Source: Cladosporium halotolerans (Eukaryota). From it: DNA of 40,423 nt. The stretch covers positions 1,240,001-1,280,423 of the forward strand of contig NW_027191454.1 of NCBI RefSeq assembly GCF_011745625.1. The letters are read 5' to 3'. Below, piece by piece: positions 1 through 12,268 of the stretch (its first letter is position 1; each line of letters begins with the position of its first letter). Made by a program: the position numbers and the translations under genes. A model generated the notes under the pieces. It saw only the letters and a list, made by a program, of their open reading frames with translations, did no database searches and was not told the DNA's origin.

Positions 1-119
1 TCGCTGTCCGCGCGCACCAGAGGGCTGTGTCTGCGTCTTTTGATATTCCTGGACGACCCTCGCGACGTCCTTGTCTGCACCGTCCTCACTCTTTTCTCTA
101 TTCCTGAGGCATCGCAATC

Positions 120-1323
120 ATGGCGAACATGCCTAAGCTGTCCAAGCGGCTGATCGCCGCCTACATCCTCGACTGGGTGATCATGGTGTAAGTATCACTT
201 CTCGCAATGACTCATCATATCTTGCGACAAGAGCTGACAGCGCGCCAGCCTCATTGCTGCCATCGGCGCGGGTATCAACTGGCTCGAGCCCTACAAGCGG
301 CCTTTCTCACTCCTGGATCTCAGCATCTCCTACCCAGCCGTCGACGAGTCAATTCCCGTTGGTCTGCTGGCAGTGATCGCTCTGGTCATCCCTGGAATCA
401 TCATCATGGTCATTGTCCTGGCTGTCGTCCCTGGCCCTCGCACGACCCGCGGTCTGTCGCGCAAGACCACGATCACTCGCAAGCTCTGGGAATGGGAGAA
501 GGGCTGGGCCGGCCTGGCTCTGTCTCTCGTAGTTTCATTCTTCATCACCCAAGGAATGAAGAACCTCTTCGGCAAGCCGCGACCAAGCTGCATCGCCCGC
601 TGCCAGCCCGACCTAGACAACATCCAAAACTATGTTGTCAACGGCTACGGCCAGACCATCGACCCGCGTTGGACCCTCGTCTCTGCCAGGATCTGCACCA
701 ACCCGGACTCGCACGGCGTCAACGACGCCTTCAAGAGCTTCCCCAGCGGCCATGCCTCTTTCTCCTGGGCTGGCCTGCTCTACCTCTCTTTCTTCCTCTG
801 CTCTAAATTCGCCATCCAAATTCCCTATCTCCCCTCGCAATCCCCGACCACAACGCACCAGCATGACGCGACGAACAACCGCCAAAGCTTCCAGGAACTC
901 CTCCCGCTGCACCACAACGGCACGGCCGCCACGCAGCGCAAACCTCGCGATTCCACCGACACGGCATCTGCCGACGTCCCCCGCCCGGTCCCCGCCCGCA
1001 ACCAGGCCGCGGCCCCGCCCAACCACCTCATCATCATCGCTTTCATCCCGGTCGCGGTGGCTATCTACATCTGCAGCACGCGCTTCGTCGAATTCTACCA
1101 CTTCGGCTTCGACCTCATCTCTGGCTCCATCATCGGCATCGGCAGCGCCTGGTTTGCTTTCAGGTGGTACCACTTGCCCATCGGCAAGGGCGCGGGCTGG
1201 GCTTGGGGTCCGAGGAGTAAGGATCGCGCGTTTGGTATCGGTGTCGGAATTGGCAATTATGCGGATGCGGAGAACTGGAGTGAAGGCGGCAAGAGGAGGG
1301 GGGAGACGAATGGGGTTGTTTGA
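120..1323 (+). CDS. PAP2-family lipid phosphate phosphatase (DPP1/LPP1-like), 2 exons (120-187, 249-1323)
   Basis: Motifs KNLFGKPRP, SFPSGH and STRFVEFYHFGFD match PAP2 domains 1-3, with hydrophobic segments between them. Intron 188-248 (GTAAGT..CTGAC..CAG) joins MANMPKLSKRLIAAYILDW in frame to the 373 ORF. Confidence 0.9.
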
Positions 1324-1796
1324 GGAGTGGGTTTGATGATGGTTTTTGACGGGAGGTTGTAATTCTGAAAGACAGAAAGATTAGGTTTCCTTTTTTTTTT
1401 TTTTTTACGATTTGTTGGATGCGAGCTTGCATAAAAGCGCGGTTGACTTTTTACAGCAGAGATGTTGATATATCCATCTGCAATGAACCTACTTAATACC
1501 GACGAAGTTGCGATCTCTGATTCACAATAGATTCTGGAAGAAGCGGATAATCGACACTAAAGTTTGGCGCTGCTATCATTACCAAGTGTTGAGGTGGCGC
1601 CGCTAAAGTGGTGCTTACGGAATTGCTTGGTCTCAGTGACAACCCTTTCTATCTCGCTCCCAAGTCTGCCCTCATGGCTTCGAGCTGCTTTAACGCTCTA
1701 ACAATCCCCAAAAATGAGCCACCGCTATGCATCTTCCGAAAGAAAAGGAACTCCCGTAATTCCGCCACTCTCGGTTCGCCCCCGCTTCACCACCAC

Positions 1797-2685
1797 TTAC
1801 ACCAACGCATCCGCAATCCTCACCCTCACAACCCTCCTCTTCCCATCCCACCCCTCGACCGTCACGCTCCTCAAGTCCCTCACGATCCAATCCGCCCCCG
1901 CCTCCCTCAGCTTCCCAACCTCATGCGTCGTCGCCAACCCCACAACCTTGAACCCCGCCGCTTTGCCCGCCCGCACGCCCGCCGGCGCGTCTTCCAGCAC
2001 CAACACCTCCCCTTCCCCGCCTTTCAACCCCAGCCTCTCCGCCCCTAGCAAGTAGCACGCCGGATCCGGCTTGCCCTCTTGCACTTCTTCCGCGCTCACG
2101 AGGAACCGCGGGTGCGCGAGCTTCATCACGTCCAGCCAGCCCGTCACTAGCGGCCGCGTGCCGGAGGTCACGATCGCCCACGGCGCGCCGAGCGTTTCGA
2201 GGTGCGAGAGCAGGGCGCGCGAGCCGGGGATTTCGACCGCGTCGGAGCCGTGCTTGAGCGGGATTTGCCCTTCGGCTGCGCAGACGTCTGAGAACAGAAG
2301 TTAGATCTGGGCAATACCAAGAGTCATGGAGGAAGGAGTTTCTTTGGATGGGGGAAGAGCAGGGGGGAACGGGCGGTCTTACAGTCCCAGTTTGCGCGGT
2401 CGGGGGCCAGGAGGCGCAGGACGTCGATGCTGCGGCGGCCGTGGGAGGTTTCGAGGATTACTGGGAGTGTGTCAGCGGTCGATTCGAGATTTTGGGAGCG
2501 ATCGAGGGAGGTTGGCTTCGACACGTACCGTCGCCGTCTACGCCGATCTCGCGCCCGGTCTCGTGCCAGTATTTGACGATCGCCGGTGTGCTGTCGATGA
2601 TTGTGCCGTCCATGTCGAAGAGCAGGGCGGAGAAGTCGAGGGTTGTGGCGGGCGCCGAGAAGTCGTTGTCTTCGTGGTGAGGCAT
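1797..2685 (-). CDS. HAD-superfamily phosphatase (glycerol-1-phosphatase/2-deoxyglucose-6-phosphate phosphatase-like), 3 exons (2685-2529, 2460-2383, 2287-1797)
   Basis: Motif I LFDMDGT, SHGRRSID, VTSGT, GKPDP and LEDAPAG are present. Introns 2461-2528 and 2288-2382 have canonical ends. Confidence 0.88.
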
Positions 2686-3508
2686 TGTTGGGGGTTTCTG
2701 GGGTGTTGGCTTTTGATAGGTGGTGGGTTCAAAGTTCGGTCGTCTCAATTTTGAGGTATGTGCCCTCAAAAGACTCGATTGATGATTGTGAGCCGGTGTT
2801 GAGCCCGTGTAGCGTTCTAGAATTCTTGTATGACAATAATTCGGAAAGCGTGAATTATGAAGTCCCGTGGAAGTCGTTTCCCGTAGGATGTCGCTGAATG
2901 ATGATTGCTCGAAACGTTTTCGGGATGTCGCTGGACGAGGGAACAGAAGTCTATGATATGTAACAGCAATTGTCTGGACTTTGTCGTAAGGTAGTGAAGA
3001 AATATCTCCAGCGAATCGAGCGCCTGCGGTGTACACAAGACAGCACGTTGAGCGGAGCGGCATGTCGGAAAGGCGGCTGTCCGCTTTCGGAAACACCGCC
3101 AGAGTCTCGAACCTACGTGCCAGGGTCCGCTTACATCATCAGGAACTGCGCACCTTGACAGATACCCTGAAGCGCCTAGGAAACTCTCCGATTTATCGTC
3201 CTAAAGACAAAGATCCTCAGATACCGCATCGTCATCTCTAATTGTCTCCTCAGCATCGACTCGTCGACTCGACAGCTCAGCTACGACGACCTTCAGATCA
3301 GCTGTGGACGTGCTTTTGACTTTGCGCGTTTCCGGAGAGACCATCTATAAACATAAATATAAGTGGATTAAAGCCGCACATGCAAAGCTAGATGAGGTGG
3401 TTACTCAGTATTGGTATCATCTTCCAATAAAATAGCAAAAGACTGATCTAGGGGTGAAAATCCTTCGTGATATCGTTACTCGCCAGGCGTGCCGAAGATC
3501 ATATCACG

Positions 3509-4408
3509 ATGAACCTCAATAACATCGGCGACCATCTCGCCGTACTGATTGACGGCGACAATGTTTCCTCAAAATTCATCGCCGGTCTGATGGCCGAAGT
3601 GGCAAACTATGGCACAGCCAGCGTGCGCCGCGTCTACGGAGATTGGACTAGCCCACAAATGAAGGGCTGGAGAGAATGCCTGCTGGAACACTCTATCGTT
3701 CCTATTCAGCAGTTTGCATACACCGGCAGCAAAAATGCGACTGACGGCGCCATGATAATCGATGCCATGGACCTCCTTTACACTGGCCGCTTCTCCAGTT
3801 TTTGCCTGGTCACGAGCGACAGCGACTTTACTCGCCTTGCGGCCAGGATCCGTGAGCAAGGCATTTCCGTCTACGGCTTTGGTAACAGGCATAACACACA
3901 TCGAGCATTCATTGCCGCATGCAATAAATTTGTGTACCTTGATGCCATGACCGTCCAAGCAGACGAGAAAGACGAAATCCCATCCTCGACCCCTCAGGGA
4001 GACGCGAGACGGGCGCTCACCAATGACACCACAGAGTCAAGTCGGCTTGCAAGCTCCCTCAAATCGCCCCAAAAAGCTCCTGGGATCCCTTTGGAATACC
4101 AAAACCCCCCCGAGCCTGACTCAAACCAACTCCCAGCCCGAATCGAGCCCACGCGTCGACCCCTTGACCGTGCCGCCCTCGACGGATTGAAGCGCGCCAT
4201 CACGAGCAGCAATATCTACGACGACGAGAATTTTGTGAACCTAGCGGAGGTCGGCACTCTTCTGGTCAAGCTCTCGCCGGATCTGAATGCGCGCAATTAC
4301 GGATACGGGCGTCTGAGGGATTTCGTGGTTGCTTCGGGTCTGGTGGAGCTGAAGAAGAAGACTATGGACGATGGGCCGCCGATTGCGTTGGTCAAATTGA
4401 AGGATTAG
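3509..4408 (+). CDS. NYN (LabA/DUF88, PIN-like) domain protein with C-terminal OST-HTH/LOTUS domain
   Basis: Motifs LIDGDN, RRVYGDW, KNATD..MIIDAMDLL, VTSDSDFTRL, and C-terminal LAEVG..LSPDLNARNYGYGRLRDF. Intronless; the first ATG is at 3509. Confidence 0.85.
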   Translation: MNLNNIGDHLAVLIDGDNVSSKFIAGLMAEVANYGTASVRRVYGDWTSPQMKGWRECLLEHSIVPIQQFAYTGSKNATDGAMIIDAMDLLYTGRFSSFCLVTSDSDFTRLAARIREQGISVYGFGNRHNTHRAFIAACNKFVYLDAMTVQADEKDEIPSSTPQGDARRALTNDTTESSRLASSLKSPQKAPGIPLEYQNPPEPDSNQLPARIEPTRRPLDRAALDGLKRAITSSNIYDDENFVNLAEVGTLLVKLSPDLNARNYGYGRLRDFVVASGLVELKKKTMDDGPPIALVKLKD

Positions 4409-4642
4409 CGACCTTCATCTCCTCTCTGGCAATGGGGTTGTTGATCCGGCTGTGGTCTGATGTCAGTAGCTGATCTGCAGCCACCCAATTCGGCCACTCC
4501 TCTTTTTGCGCGTCAATCACAAGGAACCAGGTGTCTCAACAGCTGTAAAGGCTCGGGGTACTAGACGAGGATGAAAAGCGTGCGAAGATTTACGTACAAC
4601 TTTATTGTCTATACACAAAGCATGAACATGTTGCGGCTGTCC

Positions 4643-6133
4643 TTATTTCGCTAACAAGTAATCGCTCTCCACCAACGTCTTCAGCACACCATAGACGCCA
4701 CTCATCGGCCACACATTCCAGAACTTCGTCTGCACCCACTCGCCCCAGCCCTGCTCCCGCTCAAGCACTGACAGGTCCACATTGACCTTCTGGTACACCG
4801 TCGGCAGATAAGTTGCGTGATACTTCTCCCTCACAGACTCGTACCGCTTCCGGTCGTAGATGTCCCAGAATTCGTCTTGCGTGTAGTACCCCTGCGCGTA
4901 CAGCCACTTGATGCCGCCAAGCTCGCGCACCTTCTTCTCCAGCTCCCTGTTGGCACTGACGAAATCCTTGTAATCCGTCGGCCCAGGGCCCCAGACGCCG
5001 ATATTGACGAACGACGGCGGATCCGCGGAGTCGACTTTCTCGCCCGTGATCAAGCGCGGTCTCATCGCGACTTCCTGCCCGTGTTTCAACGGACACAGCC
5101 ACAGCGGGTAGAAGCCGAAGCGCTCGTGCACGAACTCGATGAACGGCTCCACGCCGGACGAGGGGAGGAGGAGGTCTTGCACGATGTACTTCTGCGCGTG
5201 GCCGGAGGCGTGCAGTGCGTGGTACATCACTCTTGTGTGCATGAAGTAGTCCAGCGCCCAACGCGTGATGCGGTTGAAGGGTGTGAGGAAGTACTGATAG
5301 GCGTATTTGCCGGTCCAGAAAGCGCCGCGGTCGTAGCGGAAGAGATAATCGCGGGTCGGGGTAAGGTAGGTCACGGGTTTGGGAGAGGACTTGGTCGCGC
5401 GGTCGACGTGGATGTAGAACCAGGGGTCGACGGCGCGAGAGAAGGGTTGCAGTGGCTTTTCTGCCGTGGGAGCGGAGGAGGTCAGGCGGCCGGTGATGAT
5501 GACGGAGCGGTTGCGAGAGAAGGTGATGCCATCGATGTAGTCATTTGTGTGGTCTTTGGTGGCTTCTTGCATTGTGGTTTGAGCCTCTTCGATGGTGGCG
5601 GTAGGGTGGTAGGTCATCTCAACGTAGGGGTGGAAGTCGATCAAGGAAATCTCGAGGAGAGTTGTCACCCCGAGGGTACCCATGGTGCCAGCCGCAGCAT
5701 AGAAAAGATCGGAGTGCTCGGTACGGGAGGCCTTGACTACCTCCCCATTGGCCAGCACGATTTCGATCCAGTTGACAGTGCTGTCGAAGAAGCCATACTT
5801 GAAGCCAGAGCTTTCGCCTGCGGTGCCTGCGAAACCACCACCAGCAGTGATTCCAGGGAACTCCATGACGACAGGCGGAAGTAGACCGTATGGTGTGACT
5901 TCGTCAACCAGCTGGTCCATGGGCACGTTGGGCTCGACGAGGCAAGTCTTGGTTTCCTTGTCGACCTTGAGAACATGATTGAGTTTGCTCGTGTCGATCA
6001 TGCGATTCTTGTCGACCTTATAATTTCTAGTGGAGTTCGTGGAGCCATGGTAAAGACGGAAAGGCGTCTTGGTTTCGTAGAACGATTTGATACGTTGAGA
6101 GATGGCGGCAACGCCTGCCTGGTGCTCCTCCAT
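4643..6133 (-). CDS. FAD-binding oxidoreductase, Delta24-sterol reductase (DHCR24/DIM)-like
   Basis: VEPNVPMDQLV, PPVVMEFPGITAGGGFAGTAGESSGFKYGFFD, GTLGV and KWLYA motifs. Single exon starting MEEHQ. Confidence 0.85.
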   Translation of the reverse strand: MEEHQAGVAAISQRIKSFYETKTPFRLYHGSTNSTRNYKVDKNRMIDTSKLNHVLKVDKETKTCLVEPNVPMDQLVDEVTPYGLLPPVVMEFPGITAGGGFAGTAGESSGFKYGFFDSTVNWIEIVLANGEVVKASRTEHSDLFYAAAGTMGTLGVTTLLEISLIDFHPYVEMTYHPTATIEEAQTTMQEATKDHTNDYIDGITFSRNRSVIITGRLTSSAPTAEKPLQPFSRAVDPWFYIHVDRATKSSPKPVTYLTPTRDYLFRYDRGAFWTGKYAYQYFLTPFNRITRWALDYFMHTRVMYHALHASGHAQKYIVQDLLLPSSGVEPFIEFVHERFGFYPLWLCPLKHGQEVAMRPRLITGEKVDSADPPSFVNIGVWGPGPTDYKDFVSANRELEKKVRELGGIKWLYAQGYYTQDEFWDIYDRKRYESVREKYHATYLPTVYQKVNVDLSVLEREQGWGEWVQTKFWNVWPMSGVYGVLKTLVESDYLLAK

Positions 6134-6692
6134 AGCCGCGCTGGTCCAGTGGTCAATCGATGGAATGTGAAAAAGCAAAGGTCAAGTTCGATGGCCAGTG
6201 TTCGGATAGTTGCTGGCAAAGGAATGCCAGTATTGTGAAGGCTGTACAATGGGAATCAGAGCGGTCGTCGACGGCTTCAACGACGACGTCTGGGCGGGAA
6301 GCCAACTCCGTCAAATGCTCGGCAATTGGTTTTTGCGATTCTGGCGAGCACCTGCTGAATCTTGGGAATCTAACGTAATCGCTGAATGCGGGCAAAGAAT
6401 GGCAACCTTCAAAAGAGATGATTGTACATGTGTAATTTCAGGGAGCTGTGTTTCTTGTTAAGAAACACGACGATTCGACGAAGGCCCTCGGCAGACGACC
6501 CGAAGCTCGAGCTCCAGCTGTCGGGAACGGCCGCCTGGAGTCTGTCATCATCGTCACTCGCCGCCAAACTTCGTCCGAATGCGAGCTGTGGCACCTCCGC
6601 GATCACGACACACACACCACCTCACACCTCCTCCTGCCTCCTCCATACCCTCGACGATGCCGCCCATACATCTCGCCTCCATCGAGCCTAGC

Positions 6693-7907
6693 ATGGCCTC
6701 CCTGACCCGCCCCGCCCTTTCCCGCCGCTCCGTCGCCGCCCTTCAGAACTCTCGCCATGCGGCCCTCCAACACCAGCAAAGAGCATCCTTCACATCGCCC
6801 TCCAACAGCGGCTCTGGCGGCCTAGGCGAGAGCATCTTCCGCTCGTCTTCTGGCGTCGGTGGTCCGCCCAACACCTACTTCCAGCGCTCCAGCCTGCCAG
6901 CCAACACCATCGTTAAGTTCGTCCCGCAGCAGACAGCATGGATCGTCGAGCGCATGGGTCGCTTCAACCGCGTACTTGAGCCAGGTCTCGCCGTCCTCGT
7001 CCCCGTAATCGATCGCATCGCCTACGTCAAATCCCTCAAGGAAAACGCCATGGAGATCCCCTCTCAGAGCGCCATCACCGCCGACAACGTCACCCTCGAG
7101 CTCGACGGCGTCCTCTACACCCGCGTCTTCGATCCCTTCAAGGCCTCTTACGGCGTCGAGGACGCCGACTACGCCATCTCCCAACTCGCCCAGACGACCA
7201 TGCGCTCCGAGATCGGCCAGCTGTCGCTAGACCACGTGCTCAAGGAGCGCGCCGCGCTCAACACCAACATCACGCAGGCGATCAACGAGGCCGCCGCCGA
7301 CTGGGGTGTGCGCTGCCTGCGCTACGAGATCCGCGACATCCATGCGCCCGAGCCCGTCGTCGAAGCCATGCACCGCCAGGTCACCGCCGAGCGCAGCAAG
7401 CGCGCCGAGATCCTCGAGTCCGAGGGCCAGCGCCAGAGCGCCATCAACATCGCCGAGGGCCGCAAGCAGAGCGTCATCCTGGCTTCTGAGGCGCTGAAGT
7501 CCGAGCAGATCAACACCGCCGCCGGTGAGGCTGAGGCGATCCAGCTGAAGGCTTCCGCTACGGCGCGCGGGATCGATGCTGTCGCGGAGTCGATTGAGCG
7601 CGGCGGTGCGCATGCGCAGGGTGCTCTGGGTCTGCGCGTCGCGGAGCAGTACGTGGAGGCTTTCGGCCGCTTGGCGAAGGAGGGCACGTCGGTGGTTGTG
7701 CCGGGCAACGTGGGTGATATGGGCCAGATGATCGCGACGGCGATGGGCGTGTACAAGACGGTGGGACAAAACCAGGCCAAGGCGGCCGCGACAAACCTTG
7801 TCACTGGCTCCGGTGAGAGCGAGAAGGCGCCGGAGACCAGCAGTGGCACGAGCGATGTTGCGAAGAGCGTGCTGGAGAGCTTCGAGAAGACGCAGGAGAG
7901 GCATTAA
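6693..7907 (+). CDS. Stomatin-like protein 2 (SPFH/Band 7), probably mitochondrial; alternative ATG at 6657
   Basis: FVPQQTAWIVERMG, SQSAITADNV, AQTTMRSEIG, AERSKRAEILESEG and a Band_7_C-like AEQYVEAFG segment. The N-terminus is Arg/Ser rich and lacks acidic residues. Confidence 0.92.
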   Translation: MASLTRPALSRRSVAALQNSRHAALQHQQRASFTSPSNSGSGGLGESIFRSSSGVGGPPNTYFQRSSLPANTIVKFVPQQTAWIVERMGRFNRVLEPGLAVLVPVIDRIAYVKSLKENAMEIPSQSAITADNVTLELDGVLYTRVFDPFKASYGVEDADYAISQLAQTTMRSEIGQLSLDHVLKERAALNTNITQAINEAAADWGVRCLRYEIRDIHAPEPVVEAMHRQVTAERSKRAEILESEGQRQSAINIAEGRKQSVILASEALKSEQINTAAGEAEAIQLKASATARGIDAVAESIERGGAHAQGALGLRVAEQYVEAFGRLAKEGTSVVVPGNVGDMGQMIATAMGVYKTVGQNQAKAAATNLVTGSGESEKAPETSSGTSDVAKSVLESFEKTQERH

Positions 7908-9175
7908 AGCAAGGGTGAAATTATGCGCCAGGAACAGTGGAAAGGACACCGATACCCGAAATCAGCGAGCAGTACAAGGGGAGGCGGAATGTCAGGGGAA
8001 AAAGCGCATGCTTTAATTACTAGTGCTGGCTCTGTTTTGTAAAATGTGCCTGGAGCTGCTCGTCGAAGTGCACTCCGATTGTACGATGAGGAGGAAAAGG
8101 CAAAGGATAAGATATGGCTGAGAAGGACGACGGCTTGTCAAAAGAGAACGAAAGAAGAGGCGTTTTGGGAGAGAAAGAGGAAGGTCCCTACTCCCTTCAA
8201 TCATCGGCCGGGTTACCAGCCATGGTTCGCTGAAATGACGCGCGTGACATCTGCGCGATGACTATGCAAGATTTAAAAAGGTCAAATATCCACTTTGTAT
8301 TTCAAAAGATGAATGAACACCTCACCGCATGTCGTCAACGAGTGGCGCAAGTGTCTCACAATTCTTTCCCTTATCGTGCCTGGACGCAGTGTTGTTGTAC
8401 ATCTGGTATTGCGCCACGGATCTTCAAAATACCGCTCAAACAAGCCACGATCTGTGGGTCTCGAAGTCACAGGAGTCATAGGAAAAGCACGCATCGCTGG
8501 GGTAATTGTTAATCTCGCTGCCTAATCATTCAATCTCGAAGGGAACATAAAGGACCAATGACTATCCTGCCCCACTGAGGATTTGGCCTTGGACAGTCCT
8601 TGCCAGGCTGTCGTGCTTGTTGTGGAAAATTTGACTCGCGGAATGTCAGGGTATAGCAAGCCGTAGAAGGAAAGGAAGAGAAAGGATGCTCATCCGTTGT
8701 TGTTTTGAGATCGAGAGGGAAAGATGAGTCAACCCTTTGGAGGCACAATCAATCCTTCTCGTCACGCCCAGCCTCATGGGCCGACGAGAATTGAAGTCAG
8801 AAGTGTGGGAAACGTTCGTTTGGTGTCGTGAGAATGTGGTCTTGGTCGTCAGGTTCGTTCGTCGTTTGAGAAGAAGAGAAAATGCTTCGCTGCGCTTCGC
8901 TCGGTCGCTGGATGGGGAAAGGAGGAGTGAAGCAGAAAGCAGGAATTGGAAATTGTCGTGCCAGAGTCAAGGCTTTGGAAGGCCGAGAACATGAAAAGCA
9001 AAAGGCAAATAGGCCGTTGATGAAAGACGAGTGGCGATAAGAATTTTCGTGCAGGAGCGTGCATCGATTCCAGAGACAGAGCTACGTTCATGAGGTGCCG
9101 AGGATGTCCTTGCACGCGACAGGCTCAGGTTCGTGCACCCCGAAAGTACTCGGACCAAGAGTTCCGTCGGCGTTG

Positions 9176-11231
9176 CTAGTACCTAGAATCGTTCCTGTAC
9201 GGCTGTGAAGCATAGGGATTGCCGCTGTTGTCGGGAGGCGGCGGCATCGGTGCTTGTGAGGCATACATGGGCATGCTAGGCAGCCCGCCAGACATCATGG
9301 GAAGACTTCCGCCTTGCTGCATCATTGCCAGTTGAGGATTTTGAGCCATGAGCTGCAGGATGCGTTCTTCGCGCTCCTCTTCGGCCTTCCGTTTATCTGC
9401 TTCGATACGCTTGCGACGCTCGCGCTTGCGTTGCTCGATTTGCTTGATTTCGCGTCTGTGGAGTAAGAAGTCAGCAATTTATCCCTGAAGTCTTCCGCCT
9501 CGTGCTCGTGGGCACGAATGCGCGTCGAGTCCGCATCTTTACATACCTCTGTTCGTTCATTCCTTTCCATTCGGAGAAAGCTCCTTTAATACCTAGTGCG
9601 GCAATACCGACGGCCGCAGCATCCTGAACCCACGCTTTGGTCTGTTTCTTGCGAGCTTCTTCAGGTGTCATTTCACCCTCAGCGACAAGCTTATGGCGCT
9701 TTTCGTGCGCCTCCATTGAAGAATAAATTCCGTGAGCTGCGTGGATCGTGGCGACGGATGCAAAGCCAGCAGTAATGAGCTCTTTCCCGCGCATCCGTTT
9801 CCTTTTGTTTTCCATGTCGGTAGTACTACTACTGTCACTCAAATCGTTCTCCTTGCCAGTCTCATTCTTGCCTCCAACACCTGCCGCACCTCCAGCCGCG
9901 CCACCTCGAGCTAGAGCGCGGTTGCCGTTGTCATTATTAGTATCGCGAGTATCGCGAGTCTCGCGACGGCGCTCGGTAGCGAGACTCTGGCGAGTACTCC
10001 CGGTATCTGAACGTGGTGAGCGACGTCGGTCTCGGCGACGGGTGCGGGAGGGCACGTACGAGTCTGCAGATGAGGAGGATGGCGAACGCCTTCTGCGGGA
10101 TTTGGAGCGGACCCGGTCGTAGGCGGCCTTGCCTGCTGCAGCAAGAGCACCTCCAGCAACTAGGCCTTTGATTCCACCCATTCCTCCTTCTTTGCTGTCC
10201 GGGCTGCCGGGCCGGCCGCGTGACTGTGACCGACCCCTAAGTCTGTCGATGATGCTACGCGAACGGCCGCGAGAACGTGCTGTGCGGCCTGAGCGGAAGC
10301 TGTCTGGAGATCCAGCACGGCTGTCGGCGTTGCGACCACGAGACTTTGAGCGAGGGCCGTTGGCGAGGCGGTTTGCGGCCAAACCTCCAACGACAGCTTC
10401 GGCGAGGTGGCGCTTGCTCTTCTCATCCGGGTTGCGGTCGAGGAACTTGTCGATACCACCGGCGCCGATGGCGGCAGTGGCAATGCGCTTGCCTCTTTCG
10501 CCAGTCCATGGGCCGGGCTCCTTGCGAGAACGGAATGCTTCGACTGCGCCAGCAATGACAGCGGCCTGCGCTGCCTGCGCCCACTGACGTTCAGTCTGAC
10601 CCTTCCTTGGGCCGCGGTCTCTGCTGCGCGAGCTAGACGAGGAGCCGCGTCTACGGCGGGACTTGGATCTGGATCTGACGGAACGATCCCCGGAACGATC
10701 GCGACTCTTGCCGGTGAGAGCTGCAGCGACTCCGCCTAGGCCTAGGCCTTTGAGAGCATCGTCGAGACCAGACTTGCGACGTTCAGACCTGTCGCGGCGT
10801 GGAGGTGAGCGGGAGTATTCAGAGTCGTAGTCACGATCATCTCTCCTGCGATCGCGGCCTTTGCGACGTCCAGCTGCGTACCCCGCAGCGCCGGCAGCGG
10901 CTGGAGCGGCGTAGTCAGTGTACCTGTCGCTGTAGTCATCGTAGTCTCTGTCGCGGCGACTGGCTGTGCTCCGAGCGCGGCGAGGAGCAGCTGAGTATTC
11001 GTCGTAGTCGCGGGACCTGCGGTAGTCACGAGCAGCGGGCGGAGGGAACTCGCGTGGAATATCCTCGACACTGTCCTCGCGACCGCGGAAGACGAGGTCG
11101 CGCGGACCGGCACCTTTGCAACGTTCGATGTAAGTCTCCTCGCGCATGAAATCAGGCTCGTCGCGATCGCGCTGGCGGGTGCGTGTGGTGCGATAGCGGC
11201 GAGGCTCGTCGTCGTAGTCGTAGGCCGACAT
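9176..11231 (-). CDS. Arg/Ser-rich low-complexity protein with DUF3824-type region, 2 exons (11231-9547, 9455-9176)
   Basis: AAVIAGAVEAFRSRKEPGPWTG, KELITAGFASVATIHAAH and AAVGIAALGIKGAFSEW motifs. Intron 9456-9546 (GTATGT..CTGAC..CAG) leads into an in-frame coiled-coil/Pro-rich last exon ending at TAG 9176. Confidence 0.7.
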
Positions 11232-12268
11232 GGCGGCGGTTGGCGGTCGACGCCGCGTGAGTGAGGGGATAAAGGTGTGCGATCCGAAAGATTTGTTTGA
11301 CGCGAGCGTCTAGAATCGGGGTGGATGAATGAGCAGAGAAGAGGCTGGGTCGTAGGATGGTCGTGGAGAGGGTTTGGGTTGGCGGTGTTTAGTGTGGAAG
11401 GCAGAAGGTTCGTAGGCGTTGCTGCCCCACCACAGCAGGGAGGGCAGGGCTGGCGCTAGGACGAGGCTGAGACTCGGGTGACGTAGGGCGTGGGCAGCGT
11501 TCCAGCCCAAAGGTGCATGTGAAGTGTGCTGGTGTGGGCTGTGCGCTGCCTGGCTGAGTGAGCAGGTGAGCGAGGCGCGCGCAGGCCACGTCCGCAGCGG
11601 CAATGTCGAGGCTGAGGAGTCGCGGCGGGCAGGCAGGCGAGGAGGAAGTGAGGTGTCGCTGGCGAGCAAGGAACTTGGAAGCGAAGGAGGCTGGCAGCAG
11701 CGATCAGGCGACTGCTAATAAATGGGTGCGACGGCGCGCTGAGGCTTCCAGGCCGGCAGGCCGCAAGGTGTCAAGGCCGGCGGGCAGCAATGACGGCAGG
11801 CTGCATGAAGGCGACGACGACGCTGCCACCGCTGCCACAGCTGCCCGATCTCTCCCAGCCATCGCGCGCCAACGCCGCCCTTGCTCTGACAGCCCACTGG
11901 TTCATGCACGTGATATCACCTGCCACTTCCATCGCTTCCGAATGGCGTTATGTCGCTCATGCCGCCCCTGCTAGACCACACCGGCGCCGTTTCTTCACGC
12001 GACGCCAGGGCGAGGTCAGCACTTCCGCGTGATGAGGGGTTCGCGTGGGCGAGCCGGAGCCACCCGCAGTGCTTATTCTGCTGTGACTTTGCTAGGCCAG
12101 GAACAGCCTCTGGCCCAACCCAGACTTCTCCTTGTCGCGCCGCACACGCCGGTGTCATGCTTAGGTAATAAGGCAGCTGTGAGGAGATGTCGCGGACGAG
12201 CTGGAATCACTGTTCTATATGCTGGTATCAAATCTGGATGCTCTCATCGTCTAATCATCTCAACCCTC

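Noticed and set aside
1391..1406. Poly-T tract
   Set aside because: It is an ordinary 3'UTR homopolymer with no retro-insertion hallmarks.
4817..5884. Long antisense or alternate-frame ORFs (also 18397-19347, 22986-23939, 7227-7949, 14696-15415)
   Set aside because: They are shadows of real genes caused by high GC3 codon bias and show no recognisable motifs.
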